This document shows positions 1 through 15,535 of a stretch of DNA of 64,000 nt, in pieces. The position numbers and the translations under genes were made by a program. Under the pieces are notes generated by a model. The model was not told where the DNA came from, did no database searches, and saw nothing but the letters and a program-made list of their open reading frames with translations. The first letter of the stretch is position 1. Each line of letters opens with the position of its first letter. Origin of the DNA: Macrostomum lignano (taxonomy: Eukaryota). The stretch is from NCBI GenBank assembly GCA_002269645.1, contig NIVC01000023.1:124001-188000 (forward strand), written 5' to 3'.

Positions 1-183
1 TATCGTAGAGAGCCCCTTTGTATTATAGCAATTGAAATCCATGAAGGGTTATTATAACTAGCGGCGACTGTGAAATGATACTGGATACTCTAACAGTTTA
101 ATAATGCCGTAGAAAGCCTTATAAATTATTAAAGATACTTTTAAAACAAGCCTTGAGCCAGCACAAAATTTCTAAATTTCCAG

Positions 184-739
184 GCAGATCAAGCGTCTTG
201 ACCTGCCGCCAGCTCTAACCGGCTACCTATTGGCTATATTTGCCGCTTCGAGCCACGCCAGGGCGGCACCGCTAAGCCTCGAACTTGGCAGACTGATTGG
301 CCAGCGCTTGCTTCTAACGCCGGAATCTTTTAACACTGGCGGCACCGCAACCAGGAGCCTGATTGGCTGGCTTCGGCGAGGACTGGTATGTTTTTTTCAT
401 GAAAAATACCTCTAATTGTATTGTTCGGACGATTGTTTAACAGTTTTGTTTAACACTGTCCAGTTAGGCGCGAATTTAAATGCAATTATGAATAATTAAC
501 CAAAAGAATTTATTGATATTGCTCAAGTGTTCATCATTTTATCAAAATTTAATTAAATACTTGCATCTGCAGATAAAATTGTTTACGTTTTTTTCTCTCC
601 ATAGGACTTATTTCACGATGTAGACCGAGAGGTCAAAGGCTCCATCTCTCTGATTGCCTTCCTGGACATTCTGTCTTCCATGCGAGGCATGCCGCTTGAC
701 AATGAAGAGATGTCCAGCCTGCAAAGCGCCTTTGGATTG
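184..739 (+). CDS. Two internal exons (about 184-385 and 605-739) of an EF-hand-containing protein; gene incomplete in this window
   Basis: AG/GT-bounded exons join in phase 0 to give ...LIGWLRRGL|DLFHDVDREVKGSISLIAFLDILSSMRGMPLDNEEMSSLQSAFGL. DVDREVKGSISLIAF resembles a degenerate EF-hand loop plus exiting helix. Start and stop not located. Confidence 0.65.
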
Positions 740-879
740 GTGAGTGTCCAATTATTCAAGGACGCTTACGAATTTTATCGTCAATTGTCTGGATTGGAAG
801 TCCGATTCCGTTTTTTTGACGGGTTAATTTAAGCCACAATAGTCTTTAGTGCAAATCAGATCTGCTTAAGACTTAACTG

Positions 880-1120
880 AAGTATCAAGAAGGGCATGAC
901 TCTACCTGCTGAAGTATCATGTGTAGGATAAACACCCTATTACCTGGGATAAACTATTACCCCAGTCAATGCTGGTACCCATTTTACAGCTGGGTGAACT
1001 CAAGAAACCCAGAGTTAAGTGTTTGCTCAAGGACACAAATTGTTCCAGTGGTTTCGGGAATCGAACCTCCAACCTTGAAGTCGTGAGTCCGATGCTCTAA
1101 ACATTTAGGCTAAAACCCCT
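880..1120 (-). mobile_element. tRNA-derived SINE with a CORE/MIR-like central domain
   Basis: The minus strand has a tRNA-like head with A box (TAGCCTAAATG) and B box (GGTTCGATTCC), followed by GTGTCCTTGAGCAAACACTTAACTC...CTGTAAAATGGG, which resembles the MIR/CORE domain CCTTGGGCAAGTCACTTAAC...CTGTAAAATGGG. Confidence 0.7.
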
Positions 1121-2423
1121 ATAAAGTATCACGGAGGGTGGCACATTTGCATGTACAAATGTGCAAAAAACCCGCTATTTGAATTTCAGAGTGGCGACTC
1201 TGTATCAAAGTTGACCTTCCTCACTCTGCTGCCATTTCTATTGGACACACTCAACAGAATCAAAGCCTGAACTTTTATTGCTATGTGTGGTTGATTACTA
1301 CTTACATATAACTATTTCAACGAGTAGCATGCTGTGAATATATAAAAGATTTTTGGTTTTTTTCTTCATAACAATTTTTTTTGTTATTTTGTTATGCTTA
1401 AAATCGTAAATTAATTACGGTGAATCACTTGAACTTTCTAAAAAATAAAAAACGTTTAACCAAGCGAAATTTGAAATCATATAGTTTGCTAACTGATTGA
1501 TTTTAGCTGAAACTAGATTACTTGACTCAATCACCTTCAGTGTCCTGTGTCTTACTTATTAGCTGTTGTTTTAGATATTAGGAAATTCTTAAGATATTTT
1601 TAACCTCGCTCCGGCGCCTTTGTCTTCGTGCGAAATGTTTTGTTGACAGTAAATTTGGTTTTATTTTAACAGTTGAATCAAAATATATTTCTATTTTTTG
1701 CCAAATGTTTCTGCTTCTGCTTTGCCGTGCGTGTTAAAAAAATTGACCTGTTCTTTTCGATGTTTTTTGTTATTTTTTATTTAATTTTTATATGCGCACT
1801 TGGCGACAGGTTTAATAGTACAGCATGTACTTTCAGAATTTATATTTTGAAGAAACATATGGCTACTATATAGTGAAATAAAACAAATTAAATAGAAATT
1901 ATTCAGCACAAAAGGCAAAGATAATTTATTTAAGTTAGACAATTTAATTGAAGATCAATTTTTTTGCTTTCCCTAATATTAGATAAACAAATAAAGAATT
2001 ATGAGAGATTAATAAACGTAAGCCGAAAGATCCAAAGAAATAAAACAGGAATATTAAGATTTTATCGAAAGTAATTCAGTTTGTAATAACAACACGTTGG
2101 AATGTGGAAACGCTATCTATAAGGACTTTCAAACGTTGTTTCTCTATTACAGTAGTATAACATAATGCAACCGCCGTTAGCGGCCAGCTCTCTGGTAATT
2201 AAAGAAAGTAACAAAAAAATTAATAAAAACAAACCATTTCAATTATTCACCCATACCATACTGTACAACTTAAATTTCAGTGACGGGGAATCTTAGATAA
2301 GCGTCATAGATCTTGCCCCTAACATCCCCAAATATTTTAGAAAACTTGGTCTCGGTGCATATTCGCACTTTAAAAAAACAACTTCAATAAATAACCAAGC
2401 AAAAAAGTACCTTCTGTTCTTCT

Positions 2424-5400
2424 CTAGAAGTCGTCGTCGCTGTCCACCTGTTGCGCAACTTTGCGACCGCCGCCGTGGCCGCCGCCGATGCCGCCCATGC
2501 CTCTGGGCATTCCCGCCGGCGGCCTGGTAGGGTCCTCGGTCGAGTCCAAGCCAGATGAATCTTCATCTTCTTCGTCGAAGTAGGTGGCTTCGCTGCCGGA
2601 TTCGTCGTCTTCGTCGTCGTCTTCGTCGGACAAATCGGCGCCCATGGAGCCGAAATTGCGCTTGGCGCCACCGCCGGCGCCTGGTCGACCACCGGCGGAT
2701 CCGTGCATGCCGCCTGTTGGCGCCTTTGGCCGGCTAATCAGCTCATCTGAGGGAATCGAATTTCCGGGATGGCTTGGCGTAAATGGTGCCCAATACGTCA
2801 AAGATGACGCCCAAAGTGTCAGAGATTCAAGCCCTCAAAGTGTCAGAGATCAGGTCTCAAAGTTTCAGAGATTCAGGCCTCAAAGTGTCAGAGATTCAGG
2901 CCTCAAAGTGTCAGAGATTTAGGCTTCAAAGTGTCAGAGATTCAAGCCCTCAAAGTGTCAGAGATTTAAGCCCTCAAAGTGTCAGAGATTTAAGCCCTCA
3001 AAGTGTCAGAGATTCAAGCCCTCAAAGTGTCAGAGATTCAAGCCTTCAAAGTGTCAGAGATTCAAGCCCTCAAAGTGTCAGAGATTCAGGCCTCAAAGTG
3101 TCAGAGATCAGGTCTCAAAGTGTCAGAGATGCAGGCCCTCAAAGTGTCAGAGATCAGGTCTCAAAGTGTCAGAGATTCAAGCCCTCAAAGTGTCAGAGAT
3201 CAGGTCTCAAAGTGTCAGAGATGCAGGCCCTCAAAGTGTCAGAGATTCAAGCCCTCAAAGTGTCAGAGATTCAAGCCCTCAAAGTGTCAGAGATTCAGGC
3301 CTCAAAGTGTCAGAGATGCAGGCCCTCAAAGTGTCAGAGATGCAGGCTCTTAAAGTGTCAGAGATTCAAGCCCTCAAAGTGTCAGAGATCAGGTCTCAAA
3401 GTGTCAGAGATTCAAGCCCTCAAAGTGTCAGAGATCAGGTCTCAAAGTGTCAGAGATGCAGGCCCTCAAAGTGTCAGAGATTCAAGCCCTCAAAGTGTCA
3501 GAGATCAGGTCTCAAAGTGTCAGAGATTCAAGCCCTCAAAGTGTCAGAGATCAGGTCTCAAAGTGTCAGAGATGCAGGCCCTCAAAGTGTCAGAGATTCA
3601 AGCCCTCAAAGTGTCAGAGATCAGGTCTCAAAGTGTCAGAGATGCAGGCCCTCAAAGTGTCAGAGATTCAAGCCCTCAAAGTGTCAGAGATTCAAGCCCT
3701 CAAAGTGTCAGAGATTCAGGCCTCAAAGTGTCAGAGATGCAGGCCCTCAAAGTGTCAGAGATTCAAGCCCTCAAAGTGTCAGAGATCAGGTCTCAAAGTG
3801 TCAGAGATTCAAGCCCTCAAAGTGTCAGAGATCAGGTCTCAAAGTGTCAGAGATGCAGGCCCTCAAAGTGTCAGAGATTCAAGCCCTCAAAGTGTCAGAG
3901 ATTCAAGCCCTCAAAGTGTCAGAGATGCAGGCCCTCAAAGTGTCAGAGATGCAGGCCCTCAAAGTGTCAGAGATGCAGGCCCTCAAAGTGTCAGAGATGC
4001 AGGCTCTTAAAGTGTCAGAGATTCAAGCCCTCAAAGTGTCAGAGATCAGGTCTCAAAGTGTCAGAGATGCAGGCCCTCAAAGTGTCAGAGATCAGGTCTC
4101 AAAGTGTCAGAGATCAGGTCTCAAAGTGTCAGAGATTCAAGCCCTCAAAGTGTCAGAGATTCAAGCCCTCAAAGTGTCAGAGATTCAAGCCCTCAAAGTG
4201 TCAGAGATCAGGTCTCAAAGTGTCAGAGATCAGGTCTCAAAGTGTCAGAGATGCAGGCCCTCAAAGTGTCAGAGATTCAAGCCCTCAAAGTGTCAGAGAT
4301 TCAGGCCTCAAAGTGTCAGAGATTCAAGCCCTCAAAGTGTCAGAGATTCAAGCTCTCAAAGTGTCAGAGATTCAAGCCCTCAAAGTGTCAGAGATTCAAG
4401 CCCTCAAAGTGTCAGAGATTCAGGCCTCAAAGTGTCAGAGATTCAAGCCCTCAAAGTGTCAGAGATCAGGTCTCAAAGTGTCAGAGATCAGGTCTCAAAG
4501 TGTCACAGATCAGGTCTCAAAGTGTCAGAGATTCAAGCCCTCAAAGTGTCAGAGATTCAAGCCCTCAAAGTGTCAGAGATTCAAGCTCTCAAAGTGTCAG
4601 AGATTCAAGCCCTCAAAGTGTCAAAGATTCAAGCCCCTTAAAGTGTGAGAGATTCAGGCCCTCAAAGTGTCAGAGTTTCAGGCTTCAAAGTGTCAGAGAT
4701 GGCGCCTAAAGGGCCAGAGATGTCGGCCCAAAATTAGAAATTTGGGCTGTCAGACAAGACACTTCAATATGAGTTAATACACTCACTAGCGTTGCTATCC
4801 TCGCTCTCGCTTGACTCAGCCCCGTCGCTGGCAACATCGTCGGACAGTTGATCGTCGAGTCCGGCCTTGGCTTTGCCGCCAGACCGCGGCTTCTTGGCCA
4901 TCTCCTGCCTGGCCGCCGCCTCAGCCGTCCTCTCCAGCTCGGCGGCAGTCTGCTCGCGCTCCGACCGGCAGAATTCTTCGTATTGAGCCTCCAAAAAGCT
5001 GAGATTGCGAAATTTTAATAAATAAATCCGATAGAGTCGGTCGAGTTCCTCTTCGATACGCTCGTATTCGTCCATGTAGGCAGGTCGGACAGCCTGCGCG
5101 TGTGTTCAAATGGTTTTTTAAATCTTATTTTTCGTTTTTTTATAGATACGTCGCTTTTGACCTACTAATAGTAGTGTATCATATTAAATCTAATTTAGAT
5201 GCTCTTCTTCTGATGCTAAACACTGCTGATGCTCCTGCTGTTTTCTATAGTTTGGAGCCACTGATGTATATCGTTTTGAGCCCCTGCTGTCTATAGTTTG
5301 GCGCTACTGATGTCTATGTTTGGCGCCACTGATACCTATAGTTTGGCGCCACTGAAGCATATAGTTTGGCGCCACTGATGCATATAGTTTGGCGCCACTG

Positions 5401-6793
5401 ATGCTTATAATTTTGAGCCACTGATGCTTATAGTTTGGCGCCACTGATGACTATAGTTTGGCGCCACTGATACCTATAGTTTGGCGCCACTGATGACTAT
5501 AGTTTTGAGCCACTGATGCTTATAGTTTGGCGCCACTGATGCCTATAGTTTGGCGCCACTGATGCATATAGTTTGGCGCCACTGATGCATATAGTTTGGC
5601 GCCACTGATGCATATAGTTTGGCGCCACTGATGCATATAGTTTGGCGCCACTGATGACTATAGTTTGGCGCCACTGATGACTATAGTTTGGCGCCACTGA
5701 TACCTATAGTTTGGCGCCACTGATGACTATAGTTTTGAGCCACTGATGCTTATAGTTTGGCGCCACTGATGCCTATAGTTTGGCGCAACAACCTCCACAA
5801 ATTCTAATGATCACCTGCAACGTGCTCAATCGTTTCTGATTTCGTTCCAGCTCGCTTTTCTTCTTATCAATTTTGGCTTGCAAATTCGCCTCGTCGCTTG
5901 CAATGTTCTCCAAAGCTGATTGAGTCTTCTTTAATTCGGCCTCGATAGTTTTGATATTGCCGCGGATGCCCTTCTCAACTTGAGTAGTCTCCAACTGGCG
6001 GGCTAAGGCCAGAGAACGTAAATCTCTGAGGTCAGGCTCCCGGTTCAGCAGGTCGTACAGGGCGGCGCCGCGGGAGGTGATTTCTGACGCGAGTCGTCGG
6101 CATTCTTTGATCTCGTGTGGCTAAAAAGGGATGTTTTAATATGTAAAGAAATAAATTGAATATAATAAAATCTCGGTTTAAAAAAGATCCCTTACATTTT
6201 ATACTTTTAAAAAAATTCTACTTCACAAATAGAACAGTAAAGAACAAATAAATTTGCTTTTCTGAAATTCTAAAATTTTAATAAAGTGAGCATTCGAAAT
6301 AGATCAATACAACACTAGCCCAAAGAAGCAACTGCCCTAAGTACTAAACTTAAATGCACAAAATAAAGTAAAAATAAAAAAGTTTTTAGTTAAAGTTGCT
6401 TACCTTGGCTGCTCCAAGACTCAAAGAGCTTTCATTTTGACTTGTTTCTGAACCAGAATTAATGTTTTTCATTGCCTGATACAACTGGGATGTCATTTTT
6501 AGGAGTTCTTTTACTGCATGACCATCGGCTTGATAAAGCTTCTTCGTGTTTAGCTTGATATGAGCTTTAAGTGCCATACTCTGAGCAACCATTTTAATAA
6601 AAATCACTCGATCTTGTTCGCTGTCGATCTCTTTTGGTATATCCATGCCTGGGTCGAAGCGTTTTGCCAACCAAACGAGGATTTCAGCAACAAGTCGAAA
6701 GTTAGGGGAACGAAAGTTTTCCATGCTGATGAGTCTAGGGTACCCTAGAGCTCTCATCATTTCTGTAAAGCTTCTTATGTCTCTGAATGACAT
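2424..6793 (-). CDS. CLUAP1: Clusterin-associated protein 1 / IFT38, 441 aa; exons 6793-6404, 6120-5815, 5093-4787, 2746-2424
   Basis: [93 protein letters not shown] and the acidic tail ending DSDDDF match the CLUAP1 family. All introns are GT-AG with phases 0,0,1; total 1326 nt. Confidence 0.97.
2812..4700. repeat. Minisatellite of 22-24-bp variant units (core CTCAAAGTGTCAGAGAT) filling CLUAP1 intron 3
   Basis: About 80 tandem units visible directly; source of the spurious 621-aa and 491-aa ORFs. Confidence 0.98.
5222..5786. repeat. 23-bp minisatellite (ATAGTTTGGCGCCACTGATGCAT) in CLUAP1 intron 2
   Basis: Tandem units at a 23-bp period, e.g. 5342 to 5641 = 13 x 23. Confidence 0.97.
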
Positions 6794-7206
6794 AGCCACT
6801 TCGTGTTTCGTACAGTATTCGCGATTGATAGACCCTAACAGAATGCAATGCGCATTCGATAAAAGAACTAAAAAAAACAATGTTAAATGTATGTTTGAGT
6901 CTGTAGACATTCCATTAATTTCAAAAACAAAGAAATACGTTTATATTAAATTTTCTTATTAACCTTAGTTTAGCATATTTTACTGAACTATTATTAACTT
7001 TCAAAATACATTTCATCGCTAGCAAGCTTTGTTTTGTTATAATTTATAAAGTAGAACGGTGCAAATTTTTAAAATTAGAAGAGGGCAGGTTCGGACTGCG
7101 CGCACGTGCGCAATTGCTTGAAGCTTTCTGTGATTGTTTATTAGGACTAAAAATTGTATATTTGTTTTTATCTCCGCTAACGCAAAACCGACTGTGGTAA
7201 TCAGTA
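6794..7206. promoter_or_regulatory. Candidate bidirectional promoter between CLUAP1 and BAG1
   Basis: Divergent start codons are 414 bp apart. A 12-bp perfect palindrome GCGCACGTGCGC (7100-7111) contains an E-box CACGTG in a GC island within AT-rich DNA. Confidence 0.55.
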
Positions 7207-10200
7207 ATGAAGCTTACTATTCTTTATTGTAAGTTAGCCCAGTAGCCCTACGCCGCCTACTGCGCCACACTTTAATTTTAGTAGCCTACTGCTTGTGCTG
7301 GCATACTCAACTTACTGCCGAAACACAGCGGGTATAGAATACAGTGGCGCAGCCATGAATTTTTAAATTGGGACCGCCTTCGGCGTGAGGGTTACTTTGA
7401 AATTAATGTACTGAGTGTAGAAAATTATGTGATATATGACAAGCCTTGCAATCCTTTAGGCTTAATCCATTAGGCCATGGCCATTGGCTGTACCACCAAG
7501 TCTGGCTGAGAATGAATATGCGTAATTTTAACAGTCTCTATGCAACACGCCAACAGTTAAAGGATATAGTCCTATTTAATGCAGTGAGGGTTATTTAAGA
7601 CTAGCCCTAGAAATAGGCATATGTGATAGACATATAGTTTTTTTCTATGTCCTATTTATTCTCTTTTCTTTACTTTTCAGTAAGTAAGAAAACTGCCATT
7701 GAATGCACTGAGGATTCATATGAACTTCTAGCTACAAAGGTTGCGCAAGAAATTGGTGTTCCTATAGAATATCAAAAGTTAATTTATAAAGGTAAACTAG
7801 TTTAATACTTTTGATATTTTAACTCTATTTTTATTCTTTTTTACATTTACATTTTTTTGAATATAAAGGCCTATTTTTGTTCATCTTGTTTGAATTTAGC
7901 ATACTATTTATGAATATATTTGTTGCATAGATTAATTAACCTTATACTAATCATTTTGTGAATTAATAAAAAAATCATTTAAAGCTTATTTACTTTTGTA
8001 GGAAAGTCTTTACACCCAGGTAGCCTAACTGAACAAGGGTTGAAGAATAATGAAAAAGTCATGCTGATTGGCAACAAGGTAAGAGATTTTTTAACATGAT
8101 ATGAGCTAGCCTATTGAATTAATTTTTAAATAAAAAGCCCAGTGTTTTAAATTAGCTATCTTTTTGGTCTATAAATGCAAACCAAAACCAAACCAAACCA
8201 AAAATTATGTTTCAAATAAAGTTATGAAATATAATAAGCCTTAATACCAGAATGAAAAAGGATCTCATTATTCTCAGAGGGTCAAAGAACTTCATCAGTT
8301 GAGGTCAACATGTAATAAGGGCAATTTCTGTGTGATCATTAATACCAATCACTTAGCTTAGGCCCTATATACTTTTACATTGTTTTGTACATTCGTTGTG
8401 TGATTTGATTGTCAATGTGGTGGCAATTAGTGGTGCAACATGGGGGGCAGTGGGGCAGTCCCATACATGCGCAACATTTGGCTGATCTAGCCGGCCGGCT
8501 GGCAAGGGTCCCAACCAAGGTGAGTTGCAAGAATGCCAACCAAAATGGACGTAATACTAATTAGATGACGAGGTATGTAGCCTTAGTAAAAAGTCATAGT
8601 TACTCCTGCCGTTTACCTAAAGTTGCGTTTATCTTTACTTCAGGGTTTCTTTCACAGGTAAGTCGCCTTTTTGGTCAAAAAGTAAGTTGCACGACCAGTG
8701 TAAATCAGGAGGGTTGCGCATGTATCGGCAGTCACCCCTCTCTCAAATGGAAACTAAGGAATACAATCTCGGAATCCCGGGATTAGGCCCAAATCCCAGG
8801 ATTCTTAATCCCGGAATTTTGATTAGGACTGTTTTCCGGGATTCAAAAATCCCATCCCAGGATTGATCATCGGGATCCGGATCCCGTTTTGCAATAACCC
8901 AATCATTCATTCTTGAGTATCAGCAGCTGAGATACTTGTCAGGTGAAAATCATAACCCAGTTGTCCTATTTTGATTTCTTAATCTTTTAAACATGCAAGC
9001 TTGTGAGTAGAATGCTATAGGGCTGCAGGTATACAAAACAGAAGCTGTTAGCAGGTGGTAAGGGCGTTAAAGGTAATAATATAGAACTACTTTAAGCAGT
9101 CCCTACCTTCAAAACTCCCTAGCTGTAGTTAGGATTAGAACAGTGGGACCTTGCTATCAGACCATGACCAAAGCTAACAGTTCTCCATCTATGGCGGGTG
9201 TCCCTGGGACTGGGAGGGTGATGTCTGATCCCCTTCTACCCTGGTATCAGTACCTCGGGCCATAGCTCTGTAAGCCATCATTCCCCAGGTTACATCACAA
9301 TCAACTGTGATTTTCCTGAGCTGATACTGGCATGTAAAAAAGCATGTCTATCATGCCAGCCAGTACATCACACTCCAATTCAGAGCTCACTGTCAGTTTC
9401 TTGTTTGCAAAATATTGTCATTAAAAGCACTTTTCAAAAATCAGATTAGATTAGAAACTTTTGTCCCAATTTGTTAGGGTCCCAGGATTGGCAAAACTCG
9501 GGATTTTGTATTCCCTAGTGGAGACCAGAAAAAAATCAAAGGGGGGACCAATAGATAGAATTTTTTGCCAAAATACAGAGCCACCCCCTCCACCCCCGGG
9601 CCTCTTGGGTCTCCTCAACAAATTTCTGGCTGTGCTACTGGTGGCAATGTAAGCAATCTTAAAAGCCAGTAAAGCTCAGAATGCATGTCAAAGATAACTC
9701 AATTCAATGTACAGACTGTTGGTTCACACCCAACCCATAGTAAAATTAATTTGAGCTACTAATATAGTAAAGCTAACATTTAAGGGGTTTAATATGCGCT
9801 TCGTCTAAATGCATTATCTGATTCTACGACATAAAAAGGACATGGTGTCGTTTAATTCGTGTCAAATATTATTATGCAATTGGCTTTTGTGTAGGCCTAG
9901 GCCAGGCTAGGCTTATCTTTGACTTCGGGGTGGTTGTTGCTCTTATCTAATGCACAATTTACAATAGATACCAGGGCGAGAAAAGTGGGGTCTTCGGTGA
10001 AATTACTCGACATTAGAAGACAAGATCTCGTACATTCAGTTTCAGTTGTGCACTACCCTTTCGGCTAATCACGTGATCACTGTGTGATAAAAGTTATACA
10101 ATCCTGTTTCGTTTAATATAATCCAAGAAGAGAGAACTGAGTCTCAATTAAATTACTCTTCGTTAGATAACAAGATGTACATTCAATTTCAATTGTACAC

Positions 10201-10686
10201 TGCCCGCTCGGCTAATCACGTGATTACAGATAAAACCCGATAAATGTTATACAAGCCGCCTTATTTTAATTTGAATCTTTGATTAAACTGCAGGCAATGG
10301 ACCAGTCCGAGGCTGACGCTCTATCCAGCATCGAGTCAATTGAAAAGTCAATCGCCGACTTAGAAATTCGTCTAGAAATTATCAGAGAAGAATTCTCCGA
10401 CTATTCTCAGGGCTTTGTACCAACAGACTTGCGTCACGTTTTTCTGCGCGCGCTGACTAAACGAGCGGCGTCGATCACTAGCGACGCCGAGTCTTGCCGG
10501 AGCAGCCTCGTAGCTTTGCTAGGCCGGTCTACTAGCGAGTTCGCCAATCGAATCAGAGAGCGGCGTCGGAATTCATTGAAATTATTAGACAGTTTACAGG
10601 CCAAAGCCGAGTCGCTGCTGGCCGACCTGCTTGACGATGATGAGCAGGCCACCAATAGCGAAGCCGAAGACTGCACTCTGGACTGA
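7207..10686 (+). CDS. BAG1: BAG family co-chaperone (ubiquitin-like + BAG domain), 200 aa; exons 7207-7228, 7681-7791, 8002-8078, 10294-10686
   Basis: The spliced UBL domain reads MKLTILYLSKKTAIECTEDSYELLATKVAQEIGVPIEYQKLIYKGKSLHPGSLTEQGLKNNEKVMLIGNK, followed by a helical BAG-like domain (IEKSIADLE...QGFVPTDL...RRRNSLKLLD). Phases 1,1,0 are consistent; 603 nt. Confidence 0.88.
8755..9517. mobile_element. Non-autonomous hAT-type element (MITE) in BAG1 intron 3
   Basis: Imperfect TIRs TAAGGAATACAA... / ...TTGTATTCCCTA, subterminal ATCCCGGGAT-type repeats, and a degenerate 8-bp TSD ATGGAAAC (8747-8754) / GTGGAGAC (9518-9525). Confidence 0.6.
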
Positions 10687-11189
10687 CTTGTTTGGCTATT
10701 TAAATGCCTTGATTGAAATACGCAACCGCCGAGTTCATTCTCTGCACACTATTGATTGATCTTGCTAGATAGACCTTCCAGGTTAGCCATTCTTATTTAA
10801 AGCGCTTAATTTCAGCCTTGTCTTCGTGTAACTAACTAAGCGACTTACTTAACCAAATTACATGATTACAAGTCAAGCCACTGTATCAACACATTACCCA
10901 CTTGCCCAGAGATTTAATCAACAGCATTGAGTCATTCATACCTTACGTTACCTGTCTTTCATTTGTTTAATTATTGAGTTCCTTGTTGCTCATTTTAGTG
11001 CTTTCTTGTCAAATTATTTTTTTTTATTTATCTTGATGCGAGCTCCTAATAATTATATAAAGATGCATTGCAAATGCGCTGTATACTTTTCTATAAGTAA
11101 TTTTCAGGATTAAAATTTACCAAGTATTTTAGTTATGTGTATTGCTACATTCCTGTACTTTGATGTACGGCAAAACTAGTCGTTGTATT

Positions 11190-11785
11190 CCTTTGATCTA
11201 CCGCCAATTCCTCTCAATCCTTTGATCTACCGCCAATCTCTCTCAATCCTTTGATTTACCGCCAATCATTCTCAATCCTTTGATCTACCGCCAATTACTC
11301 TCAATCCTTTGATCTACCGCCAATTACTCTCAATCCTTTGATCTACCGCCAATTCCTCTCAATCCTTTGATCTACCGCCAATCTCTCTCATTCCTTATGA
11401 TCTACCGCCAATTCCTCTCAATCCTTTGATCTACCGCCAATCTCTCTCAATCCTTTGATCTACCGCCAATTACTCTCAATCCTTTGATCTACCGCCAATC
11501 CCTCTCAATCCTTTGATCTACCGCCAATTCCTCTCAATCCTTTGATCTACCGCCAATCTCTCTCAAAGCTCTGATCTACCGCCAATCATTCTCAATCCTT
11601 TGATCTACCGCCAATCCCTCTCAATCCTTTGATCTACCGCCAATTACTCTCAATCCTTTGATCTACCGCCAATCCCTCTCAATCCTTTGATCTACCGCCA
11701 ATTACTCTCAATCCTTTGATCTACCGCCAATCACTCTCAAACCTTTGAGCTACCGCTAATCATTCTTAAAACCTTTGATCTACCC
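11190..11785. repeat. 29-bp minisatellite (CTTTGATCTACCGCCAATTCCTCTCAATC) just upstream of cathepsin L
   Basis: About 20 tandem units, ending about 100 bp before the ATG at 11891. Confidence 0.97.
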
Positions 11786-11890
11786 CCAGATTAGCCAGCT
11801 AATTTATAACAAACTTTCCCCAATGTCACAAGACTGCAATAATTTCGTTTTAATTTCTAGCTGTCAATAAAAAACTGCCTGCTAAAAGAG

Positions 11891-14920
<3,030 letters not shown>

Positions 14921-15060
14921 CTTGCGGCTAGTTGAAATTTTCAGTTCTTTATTCTACTTTATTACCGTATATTGTTTGGTTCCTTATTGGTTTCAAGATT
15001 CATTACGCATAATTCTAATTAGCATGTCATATTTCAGTATGTCATCAGTATGTCACGTTA

Positions 15061-15535
15061 ATCAAAATTAGCATGTCATATTTCTCAATATTAGCAGCTC
15101 ATGTTTATCAAAATTAGCATGTCATATTTCTCAATATTAGCAGGTCATGTTTATCAAAATTAGCATGTCATATTTCTCAATATTAGCAGCTCATGTTTAT
15201 CAAAATTAGCATGTCATATTTCTCAATATTAGCAGGTCATGTTTATCAAAATTAGCATGTCATATTTCTCAATATTAGCAGGTCATGTTTATCAAAATTA
15301 GCATGTCATATTTCTCAATATTAGCAGCTCATGTTTATCAAAATTAGCATGTCATATTTCTCAATATTAGCAGGTCATGTTTATCAAAATTAGCATGTCA
15401 TATTTCTCAATATTAGCAGGTCATGTTTATCAAAATTAGCATGTCATATTTCTCAATATTAGCAGGTCATGTTTATCAAAATTAGCATGTCATATTTCTC
15501 AATATTAGCAGGTCATGTTTATCAAAATTAGCATT
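15061..15535. repeat. 46-bp minisatellite downstream of cathepsin L
   Basis: Unit ATCAAAATTAGCATGTCATATTTCTCAATATTAGCAGGTCATGTTT, about 10 copies. Confidence 0.97.

Noticed and set aside
2783-4709. Long ORFs (621, 491, 201 aa) of [14 protein letters not shown] repeats
   Set aside because: Translations of a 22-24-bp minisatellite antisense within a CLUAP1 intron; frames swap with unit length, so there is no coding constraint.
7342-7499. Possible small MITE (CAGTGGCGCAGCCA ... TGGCTGTACCACCA) in BAG1 intron 1
   Set aside because: Only 10/14 terminal match and no TSD found.
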